A DNA stretch of 60,000 nucleotides, taken from the NCBI GenBank assembly GCA_038087875.1, contig CM075992.1:2048001-2108000 (forward strand). Reading direction: 5' to 3'. The position numbers and the translations under genes were made by a program. Of the stretch, positions 1 to 12,044 are shown piece after piece (positions within the stretch are counted from its first letter, which is position 1; every line of letters starts with the position of its first letter). A model generated the notes under the pieces. The model was not told where the DNA came from, did not search any database, and worked only from the letters and a program-made list of their open reading frames with translations. The stretch is from Malacoraja senta (taxonomy: Eukaryota).

Positions 1-1060
1 ATTGATGGGAGGTTGTTCCTCTCTCAGTTAATGGGGCTTTGCTTGTCAATCATCTCCAGCATCTCCTGGGTTTAGTTCCGTTTTGCAGCATCTGCAGTAC
101 TTTATTTTCCTATGGATATGCACAGACCCTGTTGCCCACAGTCTGTGCTGCTCTAGCTGTGGTTGGTTCCTCCTGCTGATGTTAAGACTGGGCTGCAGCG
201 TGTCGTGACGTTCTTTGGAGTAACTCAGCGGGTCAGGCAGCATCTCTGGAGAAAAAGAATGGGTGACGTTTCGTGTTGGTACCCTGCTTCATATTTTAAA
301 TGTCGCCCACCCATCACTTCTCTCCAGAGATGCTGCCTGTCCCGCTGAGTTACTCCAGCATTTACTTCAATTTAAACCATCACAACTAGAGGGCAGTCCT
401 GAACTACTATCTATCTCATTGGTGACCCTCGGACTGTCTATGCTCGGAATTTACTGGCTTTCCCTTGCACTAAATGTTATTCCCTGTATCATGTATCTGT
501 ACACCGTGGACGGCTCGATTGTAATCATGTATTGTCTTTCTGAAGAAGGGTTTCGGCCCGAAACGTTGCCTATTTCCTTCGCTCCATAGATGCTGCTGCA
601 CCCGCTGAGTTTCTCCAGCATTTTTGTGTACTTTGTGTTAAAGAAGGAACTGCAGATGCTGGAAAATCGAAGGTACCCAAAACTGCTGGAGAAACTCAGC
701 GGGTGCAGCAGCATCTATGGAGCGAAGGAAACAGGTAACGTTTCGGGCCGAAACCCTTTTGTGTACCTCGTCTTTCTGCTGACTGGTCAGCCCGCAACAA
801 AAGCTTTTCACTGTACCTCGGTACACGTGACAATAAAACTAAACTGAATTGAAGTTCGCTGCACATGGACTAGTAGCACAACAGAGGGGAAGAGCGAGAG
901 AACTGCTTCTCTCTTATGTGTGGGAAGGAACTGCAGATGCTGGTTTGCACCGAAGATAGAGACAAAATGCTGGAGTAACTCAGCGGGACAGGCAGCATCT
1001 CTGGGGTTTAAAAAAATCACTAGAGATGTTGCCTGTCCCGCTGAGTTACTCCAGCATTTA

Positions 1061-1560
1061 ACCTCATCTATTGCATTCGCTGCTCTAGATGCCAGCTGAT
1101 CTACATCGGTGAGACCAAGCGGAGGCTTGGCGATCGTTTCGCCGAACACCTCCGGTCGGTCCGCAATCACCAACCTGAACTCCCGGTGGCTCAGCACTTC
1201 AACTCCCCCTCCCATTCCGTATCTGACCTCTCTGTCCTGGGTCTCCTCCATGGCCACAGCGAGCAACACTGTAAATTGGAGGAAATGCACCTCATATTCC
1301 GCTTGGGCAGTCTACATCCTGGTGGCCTGAACGTTGAATTCTCCCAATTCTGCTAGCCCTTGCTGTCCCCTCCCCTTCATCAGCCCTCTGGTTGTCTCCT
1401 CCCCTCCCCCAGCCCTCGGGCTCCTCCTCCGCCTTTTTCCTTTTTTCCTTTCTTCTCCCCACCCCCCATCAGTCTGAAGAAGGGTTTCGGCCCGAAACGT
1501 TGCCTATTTCCTTCGCTCCATAGATGTTGCTGCACCCGCTGAGTTTCTCCAGCATTTTTT
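1061..1560 (+). mobile_element. Penelope-like element 3' fragment: GIY-YIG endonuclease + terminal repeat
   Basis: Translates NLIYCIRCSRCQLIYIGETKRRLGDRFAEHLRSVR...PVAQHFNSPSH...KLEEMHLIFRLGSLHPGGLNVEFSQF-stop, followed by a pyrimidine tract and the CTGAAGAAGGG...CCCGAAACGTT terminus. Confidence 0.88.
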
Positions 1561-2183
1561 GTGTACCTGCTGGAGAAACTCAGCGGGTGCAGCAGCATCT
1601 ATGGAGCGAAGGAAATAGGCAACGTTTCGGCCCGAAACCCTTCCGGGTTTCGTCCCGAAACGTTGCCTATTTCCTTTAGGGTTTCGTCCCGAAACGTTGC
1701 CTATTTCCTTCAGGGTTTCGGCCCGAAACGTTGCCTATTTCCTTCGCTCCATAGATGCTGCTGCAACCCGCTGAGTTTCTCCAGCATTTTTGTGTACCTT
1801 GTGTTAAAGAAGGAACTGCAGATGCTGTTCCTTCTTTAACATTTCAGCATCTGCAGTTCCTTCTTTAACATTTCAGTGTCTATCTTTGGAGGGCAACCAG
1901 CACCTGCAGTTCCTTCCTCCACACACTCTTGTCTTTATCTCCCCAGCCCATGAAGGGCTTCTGACGTGTTTCTCAAATGACAAGCCCTGGTCCGGTCCGG
2001 TCCGGAGCCCAAAGAGCCAGTGTCCGGGTTTTCGCGGCTGTCGTGCAACCTCGGGACAGAGAGAAGTGAGTACAAGTGGTGGGGGAAGTTGAACGGTGCA
2101 AGTTGTCCTGGCTATTACTGCCTGTGTGGGGGCTTCTCGGATGCAACCAAGGACAGGGCTGCAGCCCTGGGCGGATCGGTGTT

Positions 2184-2242
2184 ATGCATTTCTCCTTCAA
2201 TGAGGAAGACATTAAGAAACAGCGGTTCACCAGGACTCTTAG
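2184..2242 (+). CDS. PDE4A: PDE4A long-isoform-specific first coding exon (PDE4A10-like N-terminus)
   Basis: ATG at 2184 reads MHFSFNEEDIKKQRFTRTL, then AG|gttggt. This phase-2 donor joins in frame to exon 11471 (S-FDVENG). It aligns without gaps to the recalled end of the mammalian PDE4A10 unique region (HF[P/S]FS[D/E]EDT..HPPGR.VS|FEAENG). An in-frame TGA lies upstream at 2067. Confidence 0.72.
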
Positions 2243-2297
2243 GTTGGTGGGTCTTTGCACAGTGATTCGGGGAAGAAGGGGCGATGACAAATAGCAA

Positions 2298-3040
2298 CAG
2301 ACACCAGCTCCACCCTGGGGCCACGGGCAGCCCAGACGCCAGCTCCACCCTGGGGCCACGGGCAACCCAGACACCAGCTCCACCCTGGGGCCACGGGCAA
2401 CCCAGACACCAGCTCCACCCTGGGGCCACGGGCAGCCCAGACGCCAGCTCCACCCTGGGGACACGGGCACCCCAGACGCCAGCTCCACCCTGGGGCCACG
2501 GGCACCCAGACACCAGCTCCACCCTGGGGCCACGGGCAGCCCAGACGCCAGCTCCACCCTGGGGCCACGGGCAGCCCAGACGCCAGCTCCACCCTGGGGC
2601 CACGGGCAGCCCAGACGCCAGCTCCACCCTGGGGACACGGGCACCCCAGACGCCAGCTCCACCCTGGGGACACGGGCACCCCAGACGCCAGCTCCACCCT
2701 GGGGGCCACGGGCACCCAGACATCAGCTCCACCCTGGGGCCACGGGCACCCAGACACCAGCTCCGTCCTGGAGCCAGAAGCGCCCGAACGCCGGCTCCGT
2801 CTTGGAGCTGCTGGACTAAAACACCAGGTCCATCCAGGAGTCACTGGACTCAAATGCCAGCTCCATCCTAGACCCAGAAGGTCTAAAACAGCAGCTCAAT
2901 CCTGGGGCCAAAAGGTCTCAAGCACTAGCTCCATCCTGGGACCATGGGGGCTCAAGCACCAGCTCCATCCTGGGGCCACAAGGTCTCAAGCACTAGCTCC
3001 ATCCTGGGACCATGGGGGCTCAAACAGTAGCTCCATCCTG
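2298..3040. repeat. 35-bp GC-rich minisatellite, about 13 good copies, then degenerate
   Basis: Unit AGAC(A/G)CCAGCTCCACCCTGGGGCCACGGGCAGCCC repeated to about 2765, with diverged units to about 3040. Confidence 0.95.
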
Positions 3041-4762
3041 CACAGAATCATCGAGGCATTGCAGTATAGATGAGCTCATTGAGTCCACACTGTTGCTTTT
3101 TGAACAAATGTGCAGGAAGGAACAGCAGATGCTGGTTTACATTGAGGATAGACACAACATGCTGGATTAACTCAGCGGGACAGGCAGCATCTCTGGAGAG
3201 AAGGAATGGGTGACATTTCAGGTCGAGTCTGAAGAAGGGTCTCGACCCGAAAAGTCACCCATTCCTCCTCTCCAGAGATGCTGCCTGTCCCGCTGAGTTA
3301 CTCCAGCATGTTGTGTCTATTTCATAGAACAATCCAGTCAATCCCAAATTATTAAAGGTTAGACCATTCAGGAGCAGGAGCATGTCGGGAAGAGGAGGAC
3401 ACCAGCAGGGTGGGGGTACTACAGGGGTGATGTTGAGATGGTGTGTGTTCAGCTGAGGGCTGTGTTGGAGATTGACAGTACTGAGGCTACTCAACTCTAC
3501 ATTTAACGGAGTGAGTGGACCAGGCTGTTTGTGTACCTCAGTTCAGTTTATTGTCACGTCTATCGTGGTACTGTGAAACCCTTTTGTTGCGTGCTAACCA
3601 GTCAGCGGAAGGACAATGCATGATTACAATCAAACCATTTACAGTGTACAGATACATGATAAGGGAATAACGTTTAGTGCAAGGTCACTTGGACCCTGTG
3701 ATGGGGTCTCAGCCTGCCTGCCCAGGCAAAATAGCAGAGCAAATGCCCCACCATGGACCAGTGGAAACAATCCAATGATTGATTGATACCTGAGGTAATT
3801 CTTCCAGCTAGGATTCCAGACCATTTTTGCTTTGGATTAATATCCAGAGTGGTCCGTATCAATATCCTCCTCCTGATTAATAACCTGCTGTTTGAAAAAC
3901 AACAACTTACTGTTCATTAGGATCCTGTTCCACATCAATAATCCAACCCTGATCAGTAATCATCACTCCATCAATAATCACCTCTAGATCAGTGTCATGT
4001 TTCTCATGTGTAATAATCTTTCCTGGTTAACTTGTAAGTGTGTATGTGTGTGTGCGCATGTGCGAGTGTGAGTGTGTGTGTGCGTGTGTGTGCGTGTGTG
4101 TATATGAGAGAGATAAAGATACACGTGCAGCTAACTCTTTTCCGTGCAGGAAGGAACTGCAGATGCTGGTTTAAACCGAAGATAGACACAAAAAGCTGGA
4201 ATAACTCAGCGGGACAGGCAGCATCTCTGGAGAGAAGGAATGGGTGATGTCGAGTCTGAAGAAGGGTCTCAACCCAAAACGTCACCCATTCCTTCTCTCC
4301 AGAGATGCTGCCTGTCCCGCTGAGTTACTCCAGCATTTTGTGTCTATCTAACTGTTTTCCGTGACTATGTTGTTCTGTGTTCTGTATTGAGTACAGAAGA
4401 GAAATGAACTAGTGCTGGTGTGTATGTTGGCAATGAGCTAAGATCGGGACAGTGAGTTGTGACTGTGCAGTCCACGAGGAACAGTTGAAGGTGGGAATGA
4501 AAAGCATCATCACTTCTCAGACCAACGTGTCGGAAAGAGTAGGACTTGTTTAGTCAGAGTGAAGGATGAGGGCTACGGCATAGGATGTTTAATCGTAGAG
4601 TATGTGAGGAAGGGTGGTGAGAAGAGGTAGGTAAAATAAACACCGGTTGCAAGCATGCAATTCGTGAAGTTTCTGTTGCTGCTCATCCAGTGTTTGTGGT
4701 GATGTCTTGGGTTGTAAGCTCGTGGGATGATGATTTTCTACTTTAGTTCAGTTTAGTTTATT

Positions 4763-4887
4763 CTTCTTGTCGAGTCCACTTTTCGGCATCTGCATACAAT
4801 GGTGTCTGCCTTGCGCTTCTTGTGCGTGGTGGTGGAGGAAAGATTGTTGGAAACAGGGCCACGAATTGAACGCTCTTTCCTTGGCCC
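4763..4887 (-). mobile_element. 125-bp retroposon 3' end with 14-bp TSD
   Basis: CAGTTTAGTTTATT duplicated at 4749-4762 and 4888-4901; (AAG)n tail on the minus strand. Confidence 0.6.
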
Positions 4888-6366
4888 CAGTTTAGTTTAT
4901 TGTCACGTGTTTAGTTGTCATTATTACGGTGGAAAGCTCTTGTTGCGTGCTAACCAGTCAGCGGAAAGACAATACATGATTACAATCGATCCGTTTGCAG
5001 TGTATAGATACATGATAAGGGAATAACGTTTAGTGCAAGGTAAAGCCAGTAAAGACCGATCAAGGATAGTCCGAGGGTCACCAAAGAGGTAGATAGTAGT
5101 TCAGCGCTGCTCTCTGGTTGTGGTAGGATGGTTCAGTTGCCTGATAACAGCTGGGAAGAAACTGTCCCTCAATCTGGAGGTGTGCGTTTTCACACTTTTG
5201 TATCTTTTGCCAGAATCGACTTAATTTGACTTCAATCAGCTCATGTTCTTATCTTTTGACACCTGTCATGAATACTTTGAGATATAGTTCAGGAATAAGC
5301 CCAGATTGGCATCGATCCCAGGTGGCCGTGGATTCTTGCACAACCTAGAGTAGACTGTAGTAATACAGCCTATTGCAGTACCTCTGCCTTCTCCATTGAT
5401 GATCCACATGCTACAGGATTATTGTGGCATTCTGTGTCCCACCTATAGTCATCTTCCTCTAATAGAGAACCTCAGATACAACCTGTGCCCCTGAACTCCA
5501 GTGTAACGATGCTGATGGGAGTTAGTGTTTCAGTTTAGTTCATTAGTGTCATAAGGAATAGGAGTACAATTAGGCCATTCGGCCCATCAAATCTACTCCG
5601 CCATTCAATCATGGCTGATCTATCTCTCCATTCTAACCCCATTCTCCTGCCTTCTCCGCATAACCTCTGACACCCGTACTAATCAAGAATCTATCTATCT
5701 CTGCCTTAAAAATATCCACTGACTTGGCCTCCACAGCCTTCTGTGGCAAAGAATTCCACAGATTCACCACCCTCTGACTAAAGAAATTTCTCCTCATCCC
5801 CTTCCTAACAGAACATCCTTTAATTCTGAAGCTGTGGCCTCTAGTCCTGGACTCTCCCACCAGTGGAAACATCCTCTCCACATCCACCCTATCCAAGCCT
5901 TTACGTGTAACGAGGTACAGTGAAAAGCTTTTGTTGAGATGAGGAGGAATTTCTCTAGCTAGAATGTGGAATTCATTGCCATAGAATTCAAGGCCAAGTC
6001 ATTGGGTATATTTAAAGCAGAGATTTGTTTCTTGATCGGTCATGGTGAAAAAGGTTACGTGGAGAGGGCAGGAGAATGGGGTTGAGAGGGAGAGATTGAT
6101 CAACTGCGATCGAATGATGGAGTAGATGCGATGGGACAAATGGCCTCATTCTGCTCCTATCACTTGTGAATATTTGTATCTCAGTCAAGATCAGTGACAG
6201 TGATGAATGATCAGGTTGTTGATTGTGGAAGCTTGTGTCTGTAGTTGGCTGCCACAGTTCCTACTTTGTTACATGACTACACAGCACGTACTTTACTGGC
6301 TGTGAGACATCCTGAAATGAATGTGAGAGGTGCAATGAAAATATAGGTCATTCAAGGTGATGAAAA

Positions 6367-7080
6367 TTGCAAAAACGAGAAAAAGAACATACGATCCTAA
6401 AGATTAAATCAGATAGAGGGGAATTATTAACCATACCGAAGGATATTAATAAAAGATTTGCGCAATTTTATGAGAATTTGTATACATCTAAAACGACAAC
6501 TGACTCCAATAAAATTACAGAGTTTTGGGATAATTGTAATCTTCCAAAGTTAGAGTTGAAGGAACAAGAGGAATTGGGTGCACAAATCTCAATTAAGGAA
6601 TTAGAAGATACAATAAACTCATTAAAGAATGGAAAAACACCAGGATGGATTTACTAATGAATTTTATAAAAGCTTCTATGACAAAATTATACCACGATTA
6701 CAAAAAATGTACCAATATGCTTTTAAAAAACAAATATTACCTGATACACTAGCTGAATCAACGATCACACTAATACTTAAAAAAGAAAAAGATATAGAAG
6801 AACCGGGTTCATATAGAGCTATAGCATTGTTAAACACAGATCAAAAAATATTAGCGAAAACATTAGCTAGAAGATTAAGTAAATATATTAGTAAACTAAT
6901 AAACCCAGATCAGACGGGGTTTATCCCTAAAAGATATGCATCTAATAATATGAGACGTCTACTCAATATAATGCACTCACACAAATCTGAAGAACAAGAA
7001 TTATCAATTATTTCATTGGACGCTGAAAAAGCATTTGACCAAGTAGAATGGAATTATATGGATAAAGTATTACAAAAATT
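6367..7080 (+). mobile_element. L1-clade LINE ORF2 (RT) fragment, frameshifted near 6640
   Basis: AT-rich. FYENLY...KNGKTPG / DGFTNEFYK...YRAIALLNTDQKILAK...DQTGFIPKR...LDAEKAFDQVEW are L1 RT motifs. Confidence 0.9.
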
Positions 7081-7167
7081 GCATTCCTTTATCTCAGATT
7101 TTGAGGGCGGCTTCCATGTCAGAAATTTGCAACACAGCTTCCCATATGTGTGGGCTATAAAAGGCAG

Positions 7168-7600
7168 TCAAGTCAAGTCGAGTCGAGTCACTTTTATTCC
7201 AATAGCACATTTAAAAAACAACTCTCGTTGGCCAAAGTGCTTTACATTGGTGGAGGTACCAGCGTTATACAACAGTGGTTCATAGATTAAATATAAACAT
7301 CACTACATACATATAGCCCTCGCTCAGAGGACGTCAAGAAAGGCTTGGGAGTAGAGATGAGTTTTAAGTCTCGAGTTAAAGGAGTCGATGGAGGGGGCAG
7401 TTCTGATGGGAAGGGGGATGCTGTTCCACAGTCTAGGAGCTGCAACCGCAAAGGCCCGGTCGCCCCTGAGCTTATGCCTAGACCGCGGGTTGTTCAGTAA
7501 CCCCAAGTCGGCCGATCTGAGGGACCTGGAGGTGGTGTGGTGGGTAAGCAGACTTTTGGTGTAGGTGGGGGCAAGCCCGTTGAGGGCTTTGTAGACCCTA
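7168..7600 (-). mobile_element. L2-clade LINE 3' end
   Basis: RGDRAFAVAAPRLWNSIPLPIRTAPSIDSF.SRLKTHLY C-terminus and a (GACTT)n-type tail. A second copy lies at 39580-40015 (-). Confidence 0.8.
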
Positions 7601-10600
7601 AAGCAAATGCTTTTGAACTAAAAGCAAATGCTTTGGGCTGCTGGAACTCTAAAGGAAACGCTGGAAATACATAATACAGTCTGAAGAAGGGTTTCGGCCC
7701 GAAACGTTGCCTATTTCCTTCGCTCCATAGATGCTGCTGCACCCGCTGAGTTTCTCCAGCATTTTTGTGTACGCTGGAAATACATAACATGTTTGGCGGC
7801 ATCTGTGGAGAGAGGGACTATCAACATTGTGAATGATCTTTCTCCAGCAGGGTGGATGTGGGTAGGATGGTTCCAAGTTAGCCAGTTCAGTTTATTGTCA
7901 CGTGTACCGAGGTACAGTGAAAAGCTTTTGTTGCGTGCTATCCAGTCAGCGGAAAGACAATGCATGGTTACATTCAAACCATTTATAGTGTATAGATACA
8001 TGATGAGTAACATTTAGTGCAAGGTAAAGCCAGCAAAGTCCCAACAAGGATAGGTTGAGCCCACTGTCTCTGCCACTTCCTTTCTTCTTCCCTCCCCCCC
8101 ACCCCCACATCAGTCTGAAGAAGCGTCTCGACCCGAAACTTCAACTATTCCTTTGCTCCATAGATGCTGCCTCACCCGCTGAGTTTCTCCAGCCGACCAC
8201 CGATCTACACTAACACTATCCTACACACACACTAGGGACAATTCTACCAAGCCAATTAGCCTACAAACCTGTAGGTATTTGGAGTTCAGGAGGAAACCGG
8301 AGATCCCGGAGAATAACCCGCGCAGGTCACGGGGAGAACGTACAAACTCCGTACAGACAGCACCCGTAGTCAGAATCGAACCCGGGTCCCTGGCGCTGTG
8401 AGGCAGCAACTCTACCGCTGCGCCACCGTGCCGCTGGTGGAGATGTTTCAAAGAAGGCCCGTCGGGTGCCCTTGAACCTTGATCCCAGCCCACCTGGTAA
8501 TGCCGTGCCACGACAGAGCTCAGAACAGAATCTGTCTGGGGAGTGTGGTGTCGGGTCATGCAAATAATGTGGTTTGCCCGCGAGGAAACTGCGTGTGAGT
8601 AGAGTGTCAGTGCTGGGGTTGTTGGCCAGGGACTGGCTGCTGACAATGCTCTGCTTAGCCTTGCAATTGTGGGAATGTCATTGGTGATATCTTGGCCGCA
8701 CCTTAACGATAGCTGTAGGTTATCCAAGTTCCAAAACATACTGAGCTTAAGGGGAGACTGCGAGCTTTGTACCAGCTGGTGGTCTTGATCTTAAAACAAT
8801 TTCCTCAGATGGCCCAAGGCTGTGCCACCACATTGAAGGCCTTGCTGAAGGTCATTGTCAATGTCCACCTTTGCTAAGAAGGTTGATTTGGATGATGAAA
8901 TCCAGACCCTTTGTCAGACACCACTGAGAAGGTTCCCCAGTTCTGGTGCTGGGTTAGAGTGTTGTAATTTGTGGGACTTGTTGCACTGAGTACTTTAGTT
9001 TAGTACTTTAGTGACACAGCACGGAAACAGGCCCTTCTGCCCACCAAGTCCACAACAACTAGCGATCACCCCGTACACTAGCAATATCCTACACACACTA
9101 GGGGCAATTTACAATTTTACAAAAGCCAATTAACCTACAAACCTGCACGTCTTTGGAGTGTGGCAGGAAACCACGGGGTCACGGGGAGAAAGTACAAACT
9201 CCGTACAGACAGCACCCGTAGTCAGGATCGAACCAGGGTCTCTGGCGCTGTGAGGCAGCAACTCTACCGCTGCGCCACTGGGTTGCCCACAGCGTTGCGT
9301 GTGTACGTTCTCGCGGTGACCTGCGTGGGTTTTCTCCGAGATCATCGGCTTCCTCCCACACTCCAAAGACGTACGGGTTTGTAGGTTAACTGGCTTGGTG
9401 TAAATGTAAATTGTCCCTAGTGTGTGTAGGGTGGTGTTCATCTGCGGGGATCGCTGGTCGGTGTGGACTCGGTGGGCCGAAGGGCTTGTTTCCGCGCTGT
9501 ATCTCTGAAATATACTAAGATAATGTCAACTCTTTCCCATTGTCTAGTGTACAGTATTTTGTAAGTTCATTCCTGAAGTGTCAGGGGTCATGGGGAGAAG
9601 ACAGGAAAATTGAGCCAAAATGGCCTCATTCTGCACCTATTACTTATGAAAAGCCATGTTCAAATTTTTCAACCAAGCCCTCTAGTCACAAACCTGCCAA
9701 CCAGTGGAAATGGCTCCTCCCCATCAACTACATCGATAACTATACATATCTAAAGGTTTTGATTCATTAACTGTAAATTCAAAAAAAAACATTCCGTGGT
9801 ATGTCTAATCTTTCCTCATAGTTCAGCTGTTGAAGCTGTACCATGCTTCGTCCAAGGCCAATATATTCTCCCCAAGGTATACTGGCCAGAACGGCTCAGC
9901 AAACACCAGATGTGGGCCAACAGACACTTCGTATTGCTGCAGCAGAACTTCCATGTCCTTGTGCTTCAGGGGAGAGGAGACGTTTGGATTCACTTTAGTT
10001 TATTGTCACGCGTTCCGAGGTTCCGTGAAAAGCTTTTGCTGAGACTGACCCCCTCCCCAATCTTAGCACATCCCCCAATCCTTTCCACTCTTCACTTTAA
10101 TTTCATGTTTCATGTATTTTGTGTTTTTATATAACCATATATAACCATATAACCATATAACCATAACAGCACGGAAACAGGCCATCTCGGCCATTCAAGT
10201 CCGTGCCGAACATTAAAAAAAAAAATTTTTTTAATTAAAAATAAATACTTCCCCCTGACAGATTATGACAGATCAATTTCCTTCCTGGGAGAAATAAAGT
10301 TCTATCGTATCGTATTGTAACCAGGCAGTGGAAAGACAATACATGATTATAATCGAGGTGCCCACGGTGTACAGATACAGGATCAAGGGAATAACTCGAA
10401 TAATGTTTAGTGCAAGATAAAGACCAGTAAAGTCTAATCAAAGACAGTCCATGGGGTCTCCAGTGAGGTAGATAGTAGTTCAGGACTGCTCTCTAGTTGT
10501 GGTGGGATGGTTCATGGAGCTTGTACCTCGGGGAGAGTCAAAACATCAAGGGAGGGGAAGGAAGAACAACATTTGAAAACCAATGCATTGACCATTTAAA

Positions 10601-11470
10601 ACTAACTCATGACCTAACAGCAAGGAGGAATTTCTTTAGCCAGAGGGTGGTGAATCAGTAGAATTCATTGCCACAGATTGCCAAAGGCTGGCAGTATCAT
10701 CAAGGACCCACACCATCCTGGCCACACACTCATCTCCCTGCTACCTTCAGGTAGAAGGTACAGGAGCCTGAAGACTGCAACGACCAGGTTCAGGAATAGC
10801 TACTTCCCCACAGCCATCAGGCTATTAAACTTGGCTCGGACATAACACTGAACATTAATAGCCCATTAACTGTTATTTGCACTTTATCAGTTTATTTATT
10901 CATGTGTGTATATATTTATAGAATGGTATATGGACACACTGATCTGTTTTGTAGTCAATGCCTACTATGTTCTGTTGTGCTGAAGCAAAGCAAGAATTTC
11001 ATTGTCCTATGACACATGACAATAAACTCACTTGAACTTGGGATGGCAGGGGGGGGGGGGCAAGTAATTGGGTATTTATAAAGCATTGGCTTGAGAGGTT
11101 GTTGATTGGTACAGGTGTCAGGGGTTACGGGGAGAAGGCAGGAGAATGGGGTTGAGGGAAAAAAAAGATCAGCCATGATCAAATGGTGGAGTAGAGTGGA
11201 TAATACTGTATCTTATGATCTTTAAGACTTTTGCCTTCCATCACAGTGAGGAGGTGCCTGGTAGACTCACTGTGGTGGATGTTAAATTTGTGTTCATTGT
11301 GTGTTTTGTTATTTTATTCTATGTTATGACTGTAAGGCACGAAATTTCGTTCAGACTGAAAGGTCAGAATGACAATAAAGGATACTTTGACTTTATGAAC
11401 TTTCCAAGTGCTCAGGCATTTGTCGGGAAGTCTGGGAGAATAACAGCCGTGTCCTCTCTTTATGTCACAG

Positions 11471-11647
11471 TTTTGATGTCGAGAATGGCCCGTCTCCAGC
11501 TCGGAGTCCGATGGACGCACAAGCGAGTCCAGGACTGGTCCTTCATCCCCAGAGCCAGCGCCGGGAGTCATTCCTCTATCGGTCGGACAGCGACTACGAC
11601 ACCTCGCCCAAAACAATGTCTCGAAATTCCTCCGTGAACAGTGATGT
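11471..11647 (+). CDS. PDE4A: PDE4A shared long-form exon, start of UCR1 with PKA site RRES
   Basis: cacag|T...GT|gtgagt, 177 nt, phase 2/2. Translates [67 protein letters not shown] and [11 protein letters not shown] match PDE4A better than 4B, 4C or 4D. Confidence 0.96.
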
Positions 11648-11681
11648 GTGAGTACAACTTCCCAACGTTACATTATTTACA

Positions 11682-11682
<1 letters not shown>

Positions 11683-11748
<66 letters not shown>

Positions 11749-11770
11749 TCTCTCTCTCTTTCACTGAGAT

Positions 11771-11860
<90 letters not shown>

Positions 11861-11886
11861 CATCTCTCTCTCTCTTTCACTGAGAT

Positions 11887-11934
<48 letters not shown>

Positions 11935-11989
11935 CTCTCTCCATCTCTCTCTCTCTTTCACTGAGATCCCCTTTCTCTCTCTCTCTCGA

Positions 11990-12040
<51 letters not shown>
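11683..12040. repeat. (CT)n microsatellite array with repeated TTTCACTGAGATCCCC spacers
   Basis: Directly visible; three higher-order units. Confidence 0.97.

Positions 12041-12044
<4 letters not shown>

Noticed and set aside
1973..2871. Several overlapping 195-229 aa ORFs on both strands
   Set aside because: They are translations of the stop-free 35-bp minisatellite, with no domain similarity.
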